From Tubulanus polymorphus (Eukaryota; Animalia; Nemertea), in assembly GCF_964204645.1 (NCBI RefSeq), contig NC_134031.1, positions 1,860,001 through 1,924,000 of the forward strand: a stretch of 64,000 nucleotides of DNA. The letters are read 5' to 3'. Positions 1 through 15,232 of this stretch are shown in pieces (the stretch's first letter is position 1; every line of letters starts with the position of its first letter). The translations under genes were made by a program, and so were the position numbers. Below the pieces are notes generated by a model. The model worked only from the letters and a program-made list of their open reading frames with translations. It was not told the DNA's origin and searched no databases.

Positions 1-409
1 AATCGCGTCTATTTCATAAATTACGCTGGAATTCACAGCATCGTCCAAAAAAATAGTGGCAAAAATAAAGACAACTTCGAATGTATATAATATACCACAA
101 TTATTGAAAATCTCCTAAAACTGGACTCGATCCTCCCTTCAATTCATGTATATACCTTTTTAATGAATAGATAGATAGTGACTAACTCATTATTCGACCT
201 TTGGACGTTTGAATAATAATCATCAGACTCTGATCTGATGAAACTCGTGGCGCGTGGGATGTATATATTCAGTATCGCATAACACAGTTCCTTATGGAGC
301 AGCGCCGTGTAAAACTAAGAATAAGTTTTACGGCTGCTGCTGCTGTTGCTGCTGCTGGAGCTGATGATGATGTTGATGATGATGATGATGCTACGGTTGT
401 GTGTAATAC

Positions 410-522
410 CTTGCCCGGTATCTCTCCACATTCAGGCAATCAAACGGCGTATCGGGTTTCACCGAGCCGCCAACAGTTCTGCGCACTGCCAGAGCTCCAT
501 AATCGACCATAACATAACATAC
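410..522 (-). other. Candidate minus-strand exon, product unknown
   Basis: Minus-strand acceptor ttcagttttacag| at 523 and donor caag|gtatta at 409. Only one frame is open: VCYVMVDYGALAVRRTVGGSVKPDTPFDCLNVERYRA. Locally GC/CpG-richer than its flanks. Family not recognised. Confidence 0.3.
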
Positions 523-880
523 CTGTAAAACTGAATCATAGAATAGTTAGCTTTCTTCTATCTCTCAACTCAAGCGCATAAAACTGATTCTGATTATTCT
601 AAATTTAGATATTCAAAGAATTCGTACTCTAAGATCGCATCATCGTTCACTGTGGTGAAGACGTCTATATATCTTTATTTATCTTAGATCTGAGCCGGTT
701 TCAATTCAACAAGGCTTAAATTGGCATACAGCCTAGTCTTAGCTTAAGTCTAGTACTCATAATATTAGAATCGGTGTCTTAGAATAAGAAGAAATGCCGT
801 CTCTTATTCTTTAAGTCTTACAAACTACGTCGCTGTCAAATTTGATACTGAAACATTTTCTTTTCAATCAATTTTTCCAG

Positions 881-3746
881 GCCTCCAGATGAAGACCACA
901 AAGAAAGCCCGTTCGCTAATTCGAAATCCTTGTCGGAATTTTTCAACGGACTACGTCACGACAACATGCTGTGTGACGTCATTCTGCGCGTGCAGAATCG
1001 CGAAGGTCGTCTGATGTTTTTCCACGCGCACAAACTAGTACTGCTCAATTCGAGTAAATATTTCAAATCGCTGACGAAAGACGAACTGCAGAAAAAATGC
1101 GAGTTTTTTCTCGAGGACGTCAGCCCGGACGGTATACGCCTGCTTCTCGATTACATGTACGGACTGCGCCTGGACCACAACGAGCACCTCGCGCACGTTG
1201 AAGACGTCATAAACGCGGCGGAAGTTCTACAAGTCGAGCAATATCTGAAACATTATAAGGCGTTGAAAAAACTATGGAAAGTTTCGAACGTCGATCGCGC
1301 GATTCTACCACGGGTCGGTAGTAATGATTTCAATTTCCGCGCATTGGATAACGGGCATCATCACGTGATCGGCGCTGCCACCGCCGGTCTGCCTCAAGTA
1401 AAAGTCGAACCGATTACCAAAGATGACGACGTAATTTGCATAGACGAATTAACACGTCAATCAAAACTCGAATCGAGTCAGCCGAACACGCCCATTAACG
1501 CGATACACTCGAATCACCCACCGAGGTTATCGTTGAATACGAACATGGCCGTGTTTCCCAGTCCGCAGCCGGTAATGGCGGGTGAGTTACCAGCCGGGAC
1601 TCTGGGAATGCCGCTGACACCTATCACCCCTAGTGTAGACGGTATCCCGCAACAGGTCAGACCGGTCAATATGCAACAAGTTATATTCATGGTTAACGGT
1701 CAGCCAGTACCGGCCATGATGTTACCGACGAGTCCGAATATAACCCCGACTACTCCGCAATCGGCCCCGGCAATAATGGGACTGACTCCACCGCTGTTCC
1801 CGATACAGGACATTAATCGACAATCAACATCCCCGAGAATGGAACCGAATTTACGACCGAAATTACAACCGAGTCCGCTGTCGAAAACCGAACCGAACTC
1901 CACCGGTCTGCTGGATTTGTCCAAGTCGCCGGAAGACTTCAATTCGCAAACCAGACCGAAACCCGATCACCGTTGCGTCAGATGCAACCAGTCTTTCGCG
2001 TTCATGACTCAGCTGCGAAAACACATGATCGACGTTCATAAAATCGACTGCTTCAAAATGAGAAAGCGTAAAAAGATGCATTACTATTACAGATACGGGA
2101 AAGCGACTGTTAGACAATACGCGTGCGCGTTGTGCGATATGAAAATGTTTTCCGAGATGGATTTACAGTTACATATCGAGCGTATACACTTGTATTGTCC
2201 ACTGGGTCAATCTAATACCGAGCTGCCCTACTACAGCCAACAACTGTTGTCGTGTTCATACTGTCACAAAGACATAGCGTCGAAAAAACGACTGATTAAA
2301 CATATCAAAAAGGCTCATCTTTCCAGAAAGAAACGCTTTAAATGCGGGAAATGTTCGCGTACGTTCGCGCTGGCGAAAAGTCTTCGTCTTCACCAATCCT
2401 ACAAGCACAGAACCGTGGCGACTGCGGTGCGGACGGCGGTGAAACAGGACGTTCACGGTAGCGCGATACTGTCCGGTCCCAGGTCCGAGATGCAGACGAA
2501 ATGCGGGCTGCAAAGTCGTGGGAATTCACCGCTGAGCGGTCGAACCGGCTCGGTGAGAATATCTTCGTCGGAAAAATCTAAATGGATCTGTCATCTGTGT
2601 TCGTTCGTTTACAATCAACGGTCGTTACTGATAAAACATCTTCAAATTATACACAGCATTTCGAATCCGAACATTTCGACGACTGCGTCGCCAGTAGCAG
2701 AGACTAGTGAACTACTGAAAATATCCGAATCCTCAACGCCTGCTGTCAACGCAAAAAACAACAACGATAATCTTTTCAAACCGGTCGAAATGAATGAATC
2801 TCCGGCACCAAATCAGACCGTAATTACAACATCGCTACAATTCTCTCCGCCTAGTTTAACTCCCAGTTTCTCGATGGCTCCGTCGATGCCCGTGTTTCCG
2901 ACTAACCCGATGAGCGTGCCGATCTCGCCAGAACCGCCGCATATAGACGTGAATTCACCGGCCATCAATCCGCCGCCGCCGCTGTTCCCTCCGTTCTCAT
3001 TACTTCGCCCGCAGTCTCATTCGGCGCCGTCGACCCCTCAGGCAGGCGCGTTCTATAACCAGCGATTACAGGCAGCGCCTCCTGTAAACAGCCGCGGCTC
3101 GTCGCAGACCAGATCGGCCAGATCGGGCGGTCGATTCCATAAAAACGAAGAAATCCAAGGAAATCGACCCCTGAATTATTCATTACCGAAAGTGAACCGA
3201 GACGGCGGTAGAGAAGCTGCCGGGAGTATGATCGACATATCCAAATTCAAACGCGGCGATATACAAACCCCGCAGTTCAGTCAAATGACTTTCAAACTCG
3301 TGAAACAAAAAAACAAATCGAACGAGGTGAAAGCTGATGATTTGTCGAGCCCGGCGGCCGGCACCGCCGCCACTGATGGCGAATACGAATTGAAACTTTG
3401 GCCGCGGAAAGAATCGGCTCCGAACGTCGGTTCGGCGTGCATGTATCGGTGCACGCAATGTCACATGCCGTTTAGTAGAATTCAGTGTTTTACGAAACAC
3501 ATGAATAAAGAACACGGTTTATCGTTCGCGATGGCCCAAGTGAACGTCGATCAGATCATGGCGAAAAGTGCCGAGAAATCGGCGCGGGCTCGGTTCAGGG
3601 CGGCGCAGAAAAAACAACAATTCACTACTAACCAACAAATCAACCAACAAGCCGGTCAAAAACTGCAGCAGCAACAGCAGCAGCATCGCGAACACCCTTT
3701 CAAACAACAAGCATATTCATTCAAACAATATATCCCACCATCTTGA
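881..3746 (+). CDS. BTB/POZ-domain C2H2 zinc-finger transcription factor (ZBTB-like); large terminal coding exon, 5' exon(s) not located
   Basis: Acceptor ttttccag ends at 880 and the frame is open from 882 (PPDEDHKESPF...) to TGA 3746. BTB signature LRHDNMLCDVILRV...FHAHKLVL...SKYFKSL...LLDYMY. Six C-x2-C-x12-H-x4-H fingers (CVRC, CALC, CSYC, CGKC, CHLC, CTQC). AATAAA at about 4214. Confidence 0.9.
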
Positions 3747-4224
3747 AACATCGTTGAAAATTTCGGAGAAAATTTAGCCCAAAACTGATATCGAAAATAT
3801 GATCGTTTTTTAGATGATATCGAGATCATTTTAGTTTTCATTTTGATGGGTTTCTTGTTTTTATGGTCCAGCCAATTTTTGCGAGAAAAGTTTAACTCAT
3901 ATTTTTGGCTTATAGTTGCCATTGCTTCAGGTTTTCAATAGGGACGACAATGATCGGTTGGAGCCTATCGTGAAACAGGGAGGCAAAAATCATGCATTCT
4001 CGATGGATTTTGGTTTAATATTCTATTAGAGGAATGTCAGCATTATTTGTTTGTTTTACTTCAATGTGAACTGATAAATGATATAATGATATGCAGTTAT
4101 AGTGTAGTTAATTAGTTGCAGGGAATAATCATTTTATTTGATTGAAACTCTGTTTGCACAAACATGTAGTAGAATTATCTGTAGTTTTTTTTAGCACATT
4201 GTATTCATACTCAAATAAAGCTGG

Positions 4225-5015
4225 GTTTTGTATGATAAAATTTATTGAGTTCATTCATTGAGTGACGGAGTTTGGAGCAGTGTCTCGGAGTCGAGAAGGA
4301 TTTTCAAGGTTTTCCGAGTTAAGTGACGTGAAAGTCGAGGAATTGGACGGGTTTCGAAGGTGTAGTGGTTAGGTGGACGGGTTCCGACGCTGTAGGTTGA
4401 GGATTTTGATGTCCATTTGTAGTTTTTGAGATGTGAGGAAAATACGCGAGGGAGTCAGAAGAATGTCATTATGTCCGAACTGGCCATGTGCGAATAAGGC
4501 GAGCTTCACTCTGTAAATATAAGTTTCGTGTTTCGTGCTGTAGAATCGTAGGAACATTCTTTTAGAGGAATGAATAATGCCTTACGTTTTCTACGAATCT
4601 CGGTATGTTACATACACGCGCTCGTAGGTTCTAATCAGGTGCAGACAGAGCAGCTTGACGACTGCAGACTGCAGAAAGTTAGATGTCATGTTTTTTTTGA
4701 ATGGAATAGCAGCTGCCTTTACCAGTCTGGGGATCGATACTGAAAGTTATGTTTTGAAAAAAATCTTTTCTATTCCAGTATATCCAATACTAATGTACAT
4801 TTTCATACGTGAGCTCAACCCGTGGTCACTGAACGATTGATGTTTCTCTATCAATATAAAGATTTCATCAACCAAAGATAGCAACGGTATTGCTAGCAGT
4901 TGAGGCTAAAAATTGATACCTTGTTTCTCATTACCTGCAGGGTTTAAAAGTTGACAGCAGCCTATCTACTATCAAGCTAACCAGGCCACCACGGACCCGG
5001 CAGATAGAAATGAAC
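4225..5015 (-). other. Candidate short spliced transcript (lncRNA or small ORF), convergent with the ZBTB 3' end
   Basis: Minus-strand Inr-like TCATTT near 5012, donor cag|gtaatg at 4935/4934, acceptors actttcag| (4740) and atttacag| (about 4512), and minus-strand AATAAA at about 4241-4246. No convincing protein product. Confidence 0.3.
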
Positions 5016-5500
5016 TGTCGAATAAAAAATTCTATTGTAAAAGTGACCCGGCCGATTATGAGAAATAATTGTTTCTCGTTATTTTTAGGCTAAGGGTGTG
5101 TAACATTTTAGTGATTTTGCAAATTCGCCAGAAATATTAAATTTGGATAATCTTAAATAAACGTGGATCAAAATTCGTGAAATACATAATTGATTATTAG
5201 TTTTTAGCCCTTGGCGTTCACTTTTCCTCCGTGTTCGTTTTACTCAAAATCCAGTTATTTTTGAAGTTTTGAAGACGCTTCAAGGGATTATCTTGATATT
5301 GCAGCCCAAAAACTGACCCGGTCAGATTCAAGATGGCCGATTTACGGCCATTGCTTTTCGCCGAAATCCGCATTTTTATACATTTTTCGAGGGAAATTTT
5401 GAAGACGCAACGATCAATTATTTTGATATTCTATATGTATGGTATAGGCCTGTATCCCCCAAGGCCCGAACAATCGGGTCGATCGGATACAAGATGGCCG
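4990..5500. promoter_or_regulatory. Probable divergent promoter region
   Basis: Two YY1-type AAGATGGCC motifs (about 5330 and 5491) and three (T/G)GACCCGG motifs (about 4993, 5044, 5314), lying between two divergently oriented candidate transcripts. Confidence 0.35.
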
Positions 5501-5679
5501 TCCAGTAAACTTTTTGTGCTTAAAAGATAATTTTTGCCAGGATTTGTAACTTATCAGACGTGTTTTCCGACCCGTTTTCCCGACCTGTTTTTCCGCGGCC
5601 AACTTAGTCTCAACAGTCCTCATTCACGTGAAAAATGTCTCTTTAAGAATATTTCAACATTTCTTAACTTACATAAAAT

Positions 5680-6256
5680 ATGTATAATGTTTTTCCACGG
5701 GTACAATCGTGCAGAACTTCAACGCTGACAATCAGAAAAAATAATTCCTATGAAATATCGAGTCACTTTTGCTGTACCTTTTTTTGTATTCTATCGATCT
5801 CATTACCGTGTGGATGTTCAGCATATTTTCTAAGTATCGTTTGATTCAATTTCCATCTTCTATGTATCGCATCTACAATACTGTGTGCAACTTCACGGAA
5901 AGTAGCCCTCACCGAAGACAGTTTTGACACTTGTAATAATATCACTGATGCTACGAAGGCAGTATTGGGTGAGTGCCAGACAAAAACGACCGAGTGCGAG
6001 ACATGGAATTGCATCAACGAACTTTTCTTCCATAACAAAGAGGGTTTCGGTGAGTTTCATTTTAGAAAAAAATATAAAAATCCAAGAAATGTATATTCAG
6101 CTTGTATATCGAAAACTCGAAACGTTTGGTAAAAATAAATCTTAGAGTTGTTTATTTTCTATTCTAGGCTATTCTGGGGATACCATTGATGCTGTCTCAT
6201 GTAGCATGTTATCGATTCACAAAACAGGATATTTTGCAAATCATCATGATTGTTAG
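5680..6256 (+). CDS. Putative small secreted six-cysteine protein (3 exons; start uncertain)
   Basis: Exons 5680(or 5750)-5833, 5906-6049, 6168-6256. Strong donor ttcg|gtgagt and acceptor ttttctattctag| join in frame. Product ...FFCILSISLPCGCSA-YFLTLTEDSFDTCNNITDATKAVLGECQTKTTECETWNCINELFFHNKEGFGYSGDTIDAVSCSMLSIHKTGYFANHHDC*. AATAAA at 6279. Confidence 0.45.
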
Positions 6257-6989
6257 ATATTTGTAAACACAAGAGAAAAATAAAACATATCTGATATTCA
6301 TAGATATGTTACAAAATTATTTCGAGCGTTATTTGTAGGAAATCTTTATTCGATTGTGTTTCTCGCACTGGTCGGTGCAGATGGTTCTTACGAAACGGAT
6401 TTTTAAAATACCGTGACTAACTCAACAGGGATTAGCTGAACAATCGATCGAACATAGAATCAATATTATCGACTGGCTTGAAGTGACGTGATTCATTTGC
6501 ATATCAGCTGTTTCAGGCTGTGATAGCAGACGATCGAATCTGGAGACGAGTCGTATATTTCGTTAGTGAGAGAAAGCTCGAATCGATATTTTCAGATTTT
6601 ACTTTTGTAGAATACTTGATTTGGGTTTTTATATATTTCCAAAACGGTTCTGTCCCTCTCCCTCTAATGTATAAAGTTCAACTTGGCTTGAAAGGACATC
6701 GGGTGCCATTCTTGGTATTACTCTGGTTTACAAATGACCAGGAGGACGATTTTTAGTTCCGTTTTATACAGGTAGAAATATAGAAATGTGAAAAGTATCT
6801 GTCAAAATAGTTTGATTTCCTTTGATGCCATATACCGTGGAGATGCACAAGCAGAGTTAAAGTTTGAGGAATTTTAATTCAATCAGTCCAGATCGTAATC
6901 AGAAGCGTTATTTTATTTTACTTTGGCGTGAAACAGTTGCCTAAAATCCTCGGTACAAACATTATGTCGTGAAAAAAGTGTAAGAAAGT

Positions 6990-7116
6990 GCTACAAGGAT
7001 GTGAAAGTTACCTTGTAAAAGCCCTATAAAAGCTTACCTACCCGTAGGCCTACTACGGGTTGGTAAAACCCCAGGCATAAAGCTTACCGCCAAGGTAACT
7101 TTCACATCCTTGTAGC
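6990..7116. mobile_element. MITE-like element with perfect 26-bp terminal inverted repeats
   Basis: GCTACAAGGATGTGAAAGTTACCTTG (6990-7015) and CAAGGTAACTTTCACATCCTTGTAGC (7091-7116). Confidence 0.7.
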
Positions 7117-7179
7117 GAGCGGGTTAGTACTGACCACAGGGGCTCGTATCATAAGTTTGGGGGTGAACTGTACGTCTGT

Positions 7180-7271
7180 AGCTTAAATCATCCAGTATCC
7201 CTGGTACTATATATATATAAAAAGAACTTTTCTTATATATATAATACCAGGGATACTGGATGATCTAAGCT
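7180..7271. repeat. Near-perfect 92-bp palindrome (fold-back element)
   Basis: AGCTTAAATCATCCAGTATCCCTGGTA...(TA)n...TACCAGGGATACTGGATGATCTAAGCT. Confidence 0.75.
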
Positions 7272-7519
7272 GGTACTGCACTGACTAGTGAAGTGAAAAT
7301 TCCAGAGTTTTCAACACAATCCGTAATGGTGATGGTCGACGCGCGCGCTGCTTAATGCTATGGATGGAAATGTAACCGATCTACTGATCGCCGATCGGAT
7401 CGCCGGGTTCGACCAACTCGGCCCGCAGTGACCCGCAAAACTCCGAGATCAACCGTCAAGTGCTGCTACAAAAGCGACTACCGGCAATATATCGAACTAC
7501 AGCTCCCCGTGTATTTGTT

Positions 7520-7576
7520 AATAACGCCCCGCGACGCCATCTTTGACAATTCATCCCGATTTCTAGTGAAAATTTG
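7520..7576 (+). promoter_or_regulatory. Probable Rab14 promoter / non-coding exon 1
   Basis: CpG-rich stretch with YY1 motif CGCCATCTT (about 7536) followed by donor tttg|gtaaga at 7576/7577. Matching acceptor at 8460 upstream of the ATG. Confidence 0.55.
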
Positions 7577-8309
7577 GTAAGAATTCACCGATTATTGGCC
7601 TCTACGGCAGGAATATCAGCAATCGAACCCGATATTCGATCAGGGATGATCAACACGCGTTGATCGATGTATAATTTATCGGGTTTAAGGGTTTAAAACC
7701 ACCTGATATTCGCTGAAATACGGCCGGATTTAGGATTTTTAGGATTCTCGATGAACGCGGAAGTGAATTTTTCTCTGCGGTAAAAAATGATCTATCATTA
7801 ATTTCTAGACGATTCTGAAGCGAAATCGATATATTTTATCATATTTCAATGATAGATGGATTTTGATGAAGCAGATTATTAATTTTGTCATCTTAGATAT
7901 CATATGGTGCACAGTTACTGTTAGGGCAAGCTTGTTTGAAGAATTTGTTGAGTATCATCAACCTTCCTTCTTGGCTTCCTCTCTCTCTCCATCAGGACTT
8001 GCCCTTCTCTCTTTCCATAACTCTGGAGTTGAAGGTCCCGATCGAGTTAACCATCACAGAATTTCTCAAATATAACATGGTTTTGAAACAAATATTATGT
8101 GTTATCTTACCCTCCCAGAAGTCTGAATATCAAAACCAAACCTGATGATGTCATTATGCAGGCCTGTTATATTCCTCCCCTTCTTATATACGAGTTTAGT
8201 TTGAGTTAGGTTAGATCTCATTTATTTTGGCCTTCCTTACCCTCCTAAAAGTTATAGGTTGAAACTTGTCAACTTGATAGGAAAGGCTAACACTGCCCGC
8301 TATGGGTAG

Positions 8310-11745
<3,436 letters not shown>

Positions 11746-14019
11746 GATCGTCGGCGGCGAATCGCGCGTCGATATTTTACGCATATTTAATAACGAGTCT
11801 GTGTGGTCACTAACAACTACTACCACCAGGTGGCAGCAGGAGCGGTGAAGCGAAATGTCACCCGCGACAAAAAAAAACATTTCATTAAAAAATCTTTATC
11901 TTTCATTCGTATTCATATGTGATTTGGTCTGGCAACAATAAAAATTCTGAGTATTGTTGCCTGGATTGGTCCGGACCAGCGGGATTAGTATCCGAATCGG
12001 GGCTGATAGTACCGGTCCCTGATCTGGGGTCATATCGGTTGTACTACAAGGGCTAGAAAATCTATTTATTAAAACTGATGATTCGATATTAATATCCAGT
12101 ATGAAATAATAATATTAGGAAGATAATCTAGGTTTGTATGAACCAAAGGACTGTTAAATCCGTTTTAGGTTCCACTGTCCTAGTGGATTGGGTACAAACC
12201 CCGGTTCGGAGATATTGTCCAAGACCCCGATATAGGGCCACATTGCCCCTGTGTGGTGCGTCTGATGTCCCATATTCAGGGCTGTTGTACTTGTCTCGAA
12301 TTTCGGGTCACTCCCATGGGGCACTAGACCTTGATTAGGGGCTATACCTGTGGGGCATTAAACCCTGATTAGGGGCTACAGCTGTGGGACGCTAGACCTA
12401 GGTTTGGGGTGTGGGATCGACGTCAAATTTTTTTCCCGACGCTCTTTCATTTTATCTCAAAATTTTGTGATTGGGAAAGGGAGGGTAGGGGATGGTCTCG
12501 TGGGCGCACGTGTGTGTGTATGTGTGACCGAGGACTTACTAGTCGAGAAAGATATGCGGCAACAATGAAAATGGACATTGTCACTTTGTTGTCACGGCGA
12601 TTGATTGATCGATATGATATATTTATATATTGTAAACTGTTGTTTCTAATTTCTTGAAGAGTGCTAATAATAATAATATAAATAATAATGATAGTAGTGA
12701 ATACAGAAACAGAAGTCTTTTTTGTCGTGTAACCATGATCTGATCTGGTTACGTGGTTGGAATCGGCTAAAGCTAAAATCATTTTGAAGTTATCTTAACA
12801 CTTAAAGAGAGTCTGATTGAATGTCAGTCGTCGAACTGTGTCCCGGGAACGACGTTTAACCGTGTTCATTTCTGATTCTGACGAAGATTCTCTTGTAAAT
12901 ATATATCGAATAGGAATATTTGCACATTATTGGGTGTAAGGTGATAATCTGACCGGGATCACGGGTTGACTGCTTCACGCGTTACGCTGAAGTTTTGTGG
13001 TCTCCTTTCGCTTGTGATAAGTTCATTTTCAAGCCGTAGGTCGCGTTTGAACTATCACTTATTAGTCTGTTCTAATTTGGCCTGTACGTGTGGTCTGGAC
13101 TAATTTAGAACGGAGCAATTGAGAACAGGCTTTTCACTAGTGTGAACGCATGGTCCATTCTCAATTGGAACGGACTGAATTTAGAACGTTTAAGATAATG
13201 TTGCGTGAACCTGGCTATAATCCGACTCCAAACTCGGAACTCGGTTCTTTGACTGAAATTGTGTCTTGTTCTGCTTTACAAAATAGAAACTCTTGTGGTT
13301 CCAAAGTTTTTGAGTTTGGTAGCTTGGCTGCATGATTACGCAAGGGGGAAATATGCAGAAAAGCTCATTCAGAAATGACTGAGAATTTTCAGATGGAAGA
13401 TATTCCTTTATCTGGGCTTGGTAGGGTTTGATTTATTTGCCCAGCAAGTTTTCACAGTTCTCTATCAACGGTAGAGGAAATCTCTTCAAACACATATTTG
13501 CACCGAGGGAAAGATTTTAACGAATACTTCGCGTACTTTTCGCACTAGAATAGGGTAACGCCTCCTATTGTGAAATGAAGTAACTAAATCAACTAGGTAC
13601 GCGTCGCGTAGGTTGATTTTTCGCTTTGTTATTTTTGCTCAAATTATTTAAACGACCGTGAAGTGGATTGAAAAATCGATATCAGTCGGTGATAAAAAGA
13701 TTATGGAAAATTAGATTTTTCATGAACCGTTAATTGTTTTTCTGTCTTCGTTGAAACCGTTAAAATTACTTTCAATGTGCTAAAATCTGATAACGAATAT
13801 ATAGGACTGATGTGATGTCGAGGGGTGTTTCGTAATTATGTCGTTTACCCCCCTGCGGGTTAAAATGCTGAAAAACCACTTTCTATAGAAATTGACTCCG
13901 ATTTACGCTTTGTTTGCGATCGTCATAACGCAAAAATTGTGTTTAATGCTTCGTGCTAACTGTTTAAACCAAGCGTTTTTATGTACTGGTTATGATATAC
14001 ATCCGGTGGAATCTCGTTA

Positions 14020-14132
14020 CAACGAACTTCAGGAGACCAGAAAATCCGTTCGTCGTTATCCAGTATGAACTTAGTAAAGTTTGGATCGAAATTCTAGGTT
14101 ATATCGCGGGTTGTTTTAACGAGGTTCCTCTA
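14020..14132. mobile_element. Degenerate Tc1/mariner-type MITE
   Basis: GTGGAATCTCGTTACAACGAAC ... GTTTTAACGAGGTTCCTCT imperfect TIRs. A related copy lies at about 31410-31480. Confidence 0.45.
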
Positions 14133-14943
14133 TTTTGATAAACAAGTCTCATCAATTAGGAAATCGAAACTAGTTTTAGCATGTTTTATTTATCAGCTGC
14201 GACTAGTTTCAACCTAGTGATGGTGGTTCATCTATTGTAATATCTGTTTTGTTGTCGATTCCGCCGATGTTTTTGACCTCTCACTGTTAGAACCTTTTTC
14301 TGCCTTGATTCGTGTTCGTTCACCCGTTACTCGGTTTCTTCAACCAAAACGAAATCATTTCAACAAAACGGACGAATAGAAATGTTTGCTGCATGATTAT
14401 AACGATGTAAATAGTAATGCGGTATGTTGGTTTGTTTGGGAAATGATTGAATCCTCCTCTAGATTTAGGTATAGATTATTTAAATGCATTCCATCGAAGA
14501 ATGAGGTGTCGTTTTATGCAGATTACGGAGATTTTTTTATTTCATCGTCCCGAATTTGCTCAGTTGAAAAGAATCATGAATCGAAAAAAAATATCGAATG
14601 AAATTTCACAGGGTTTTAAATTGATAAACGATTTAGCTTCGCACTCAGGTTCGCTGTTAGAGGGTTCGTTTCGAAGACAGTTCAACTTAAAACCTGCGGT
14701 CGACGAATAGTTCTAAAGTTGAAACTGGGGCCAGTTATAGATCAGTTTTAACTTCAACTCGAAGGCTTCACTGGTAATGTTATTACAGCCAAACTGGTTA
14801 AGTCGTCATTGGCTAAGACATCTCTATTTTTGAGTCCCAATTCGTATTTCTAATTCAATTTACTAAGTGTAAGTCGTCATTTTGAAAGAGTCTTCAATAT
14901 AATGATCGTCACAACTATAATGACTTGACTGTATTTAGTACCC

Positions 14944-15232
14944 AGGGGCTGCAGTTGCTCAAAAGTAAGTTAGAGTTAACCAGTGGATAGTTGACATAGT
15001 GATAATCAGACAGGATCCAGTTCCACAGTTCTGAGTTAAGATTTGACCCTGAGTTAACTCATTGAAAATGAACTAATTTGAACTCGGAGTTAACTCTGAC
15101 TCACAACTGTGGAACTGGGTCCTGAACTCCAAGGTTAGAGTTAACCAGTGGATAGTTGACATAGTGGTAATTAACTGTTCATTGTTACTGTGGTATATAT
15201 CCGCCGGTTATCTTTAACCAACTTCTTAACAA
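14944..15232. mobile_element. Nested MITEs: GGATCCAGTTCCACAGTT-family element (15011-15124) inside a CAGTTGCTCA-family element
   Basis: Inner TIRs CAGGATCCAGTTCCACAGTT / AACTGTGGAACTGGGTCCTG. The host family recurs uninterrupted, in reverse orientation, at 46876-47005. A 33-bp host segment is duplicated on either side of the insert. Confidence 0.65.

Noticed and set aside
4815-4835. ACCCGTGGTCA-CTGA resembling a box D guide antisense to 18S rRNA
   Set aside because: No box C or terminal stem, and it is on the opposite strand to the candidate host intron.
5842-5844. In-frame TGA as possible selenocysteine
   Set aside because: No SECIS-like hairpin in the very short 3' UTR; an intron removing it is simpler.
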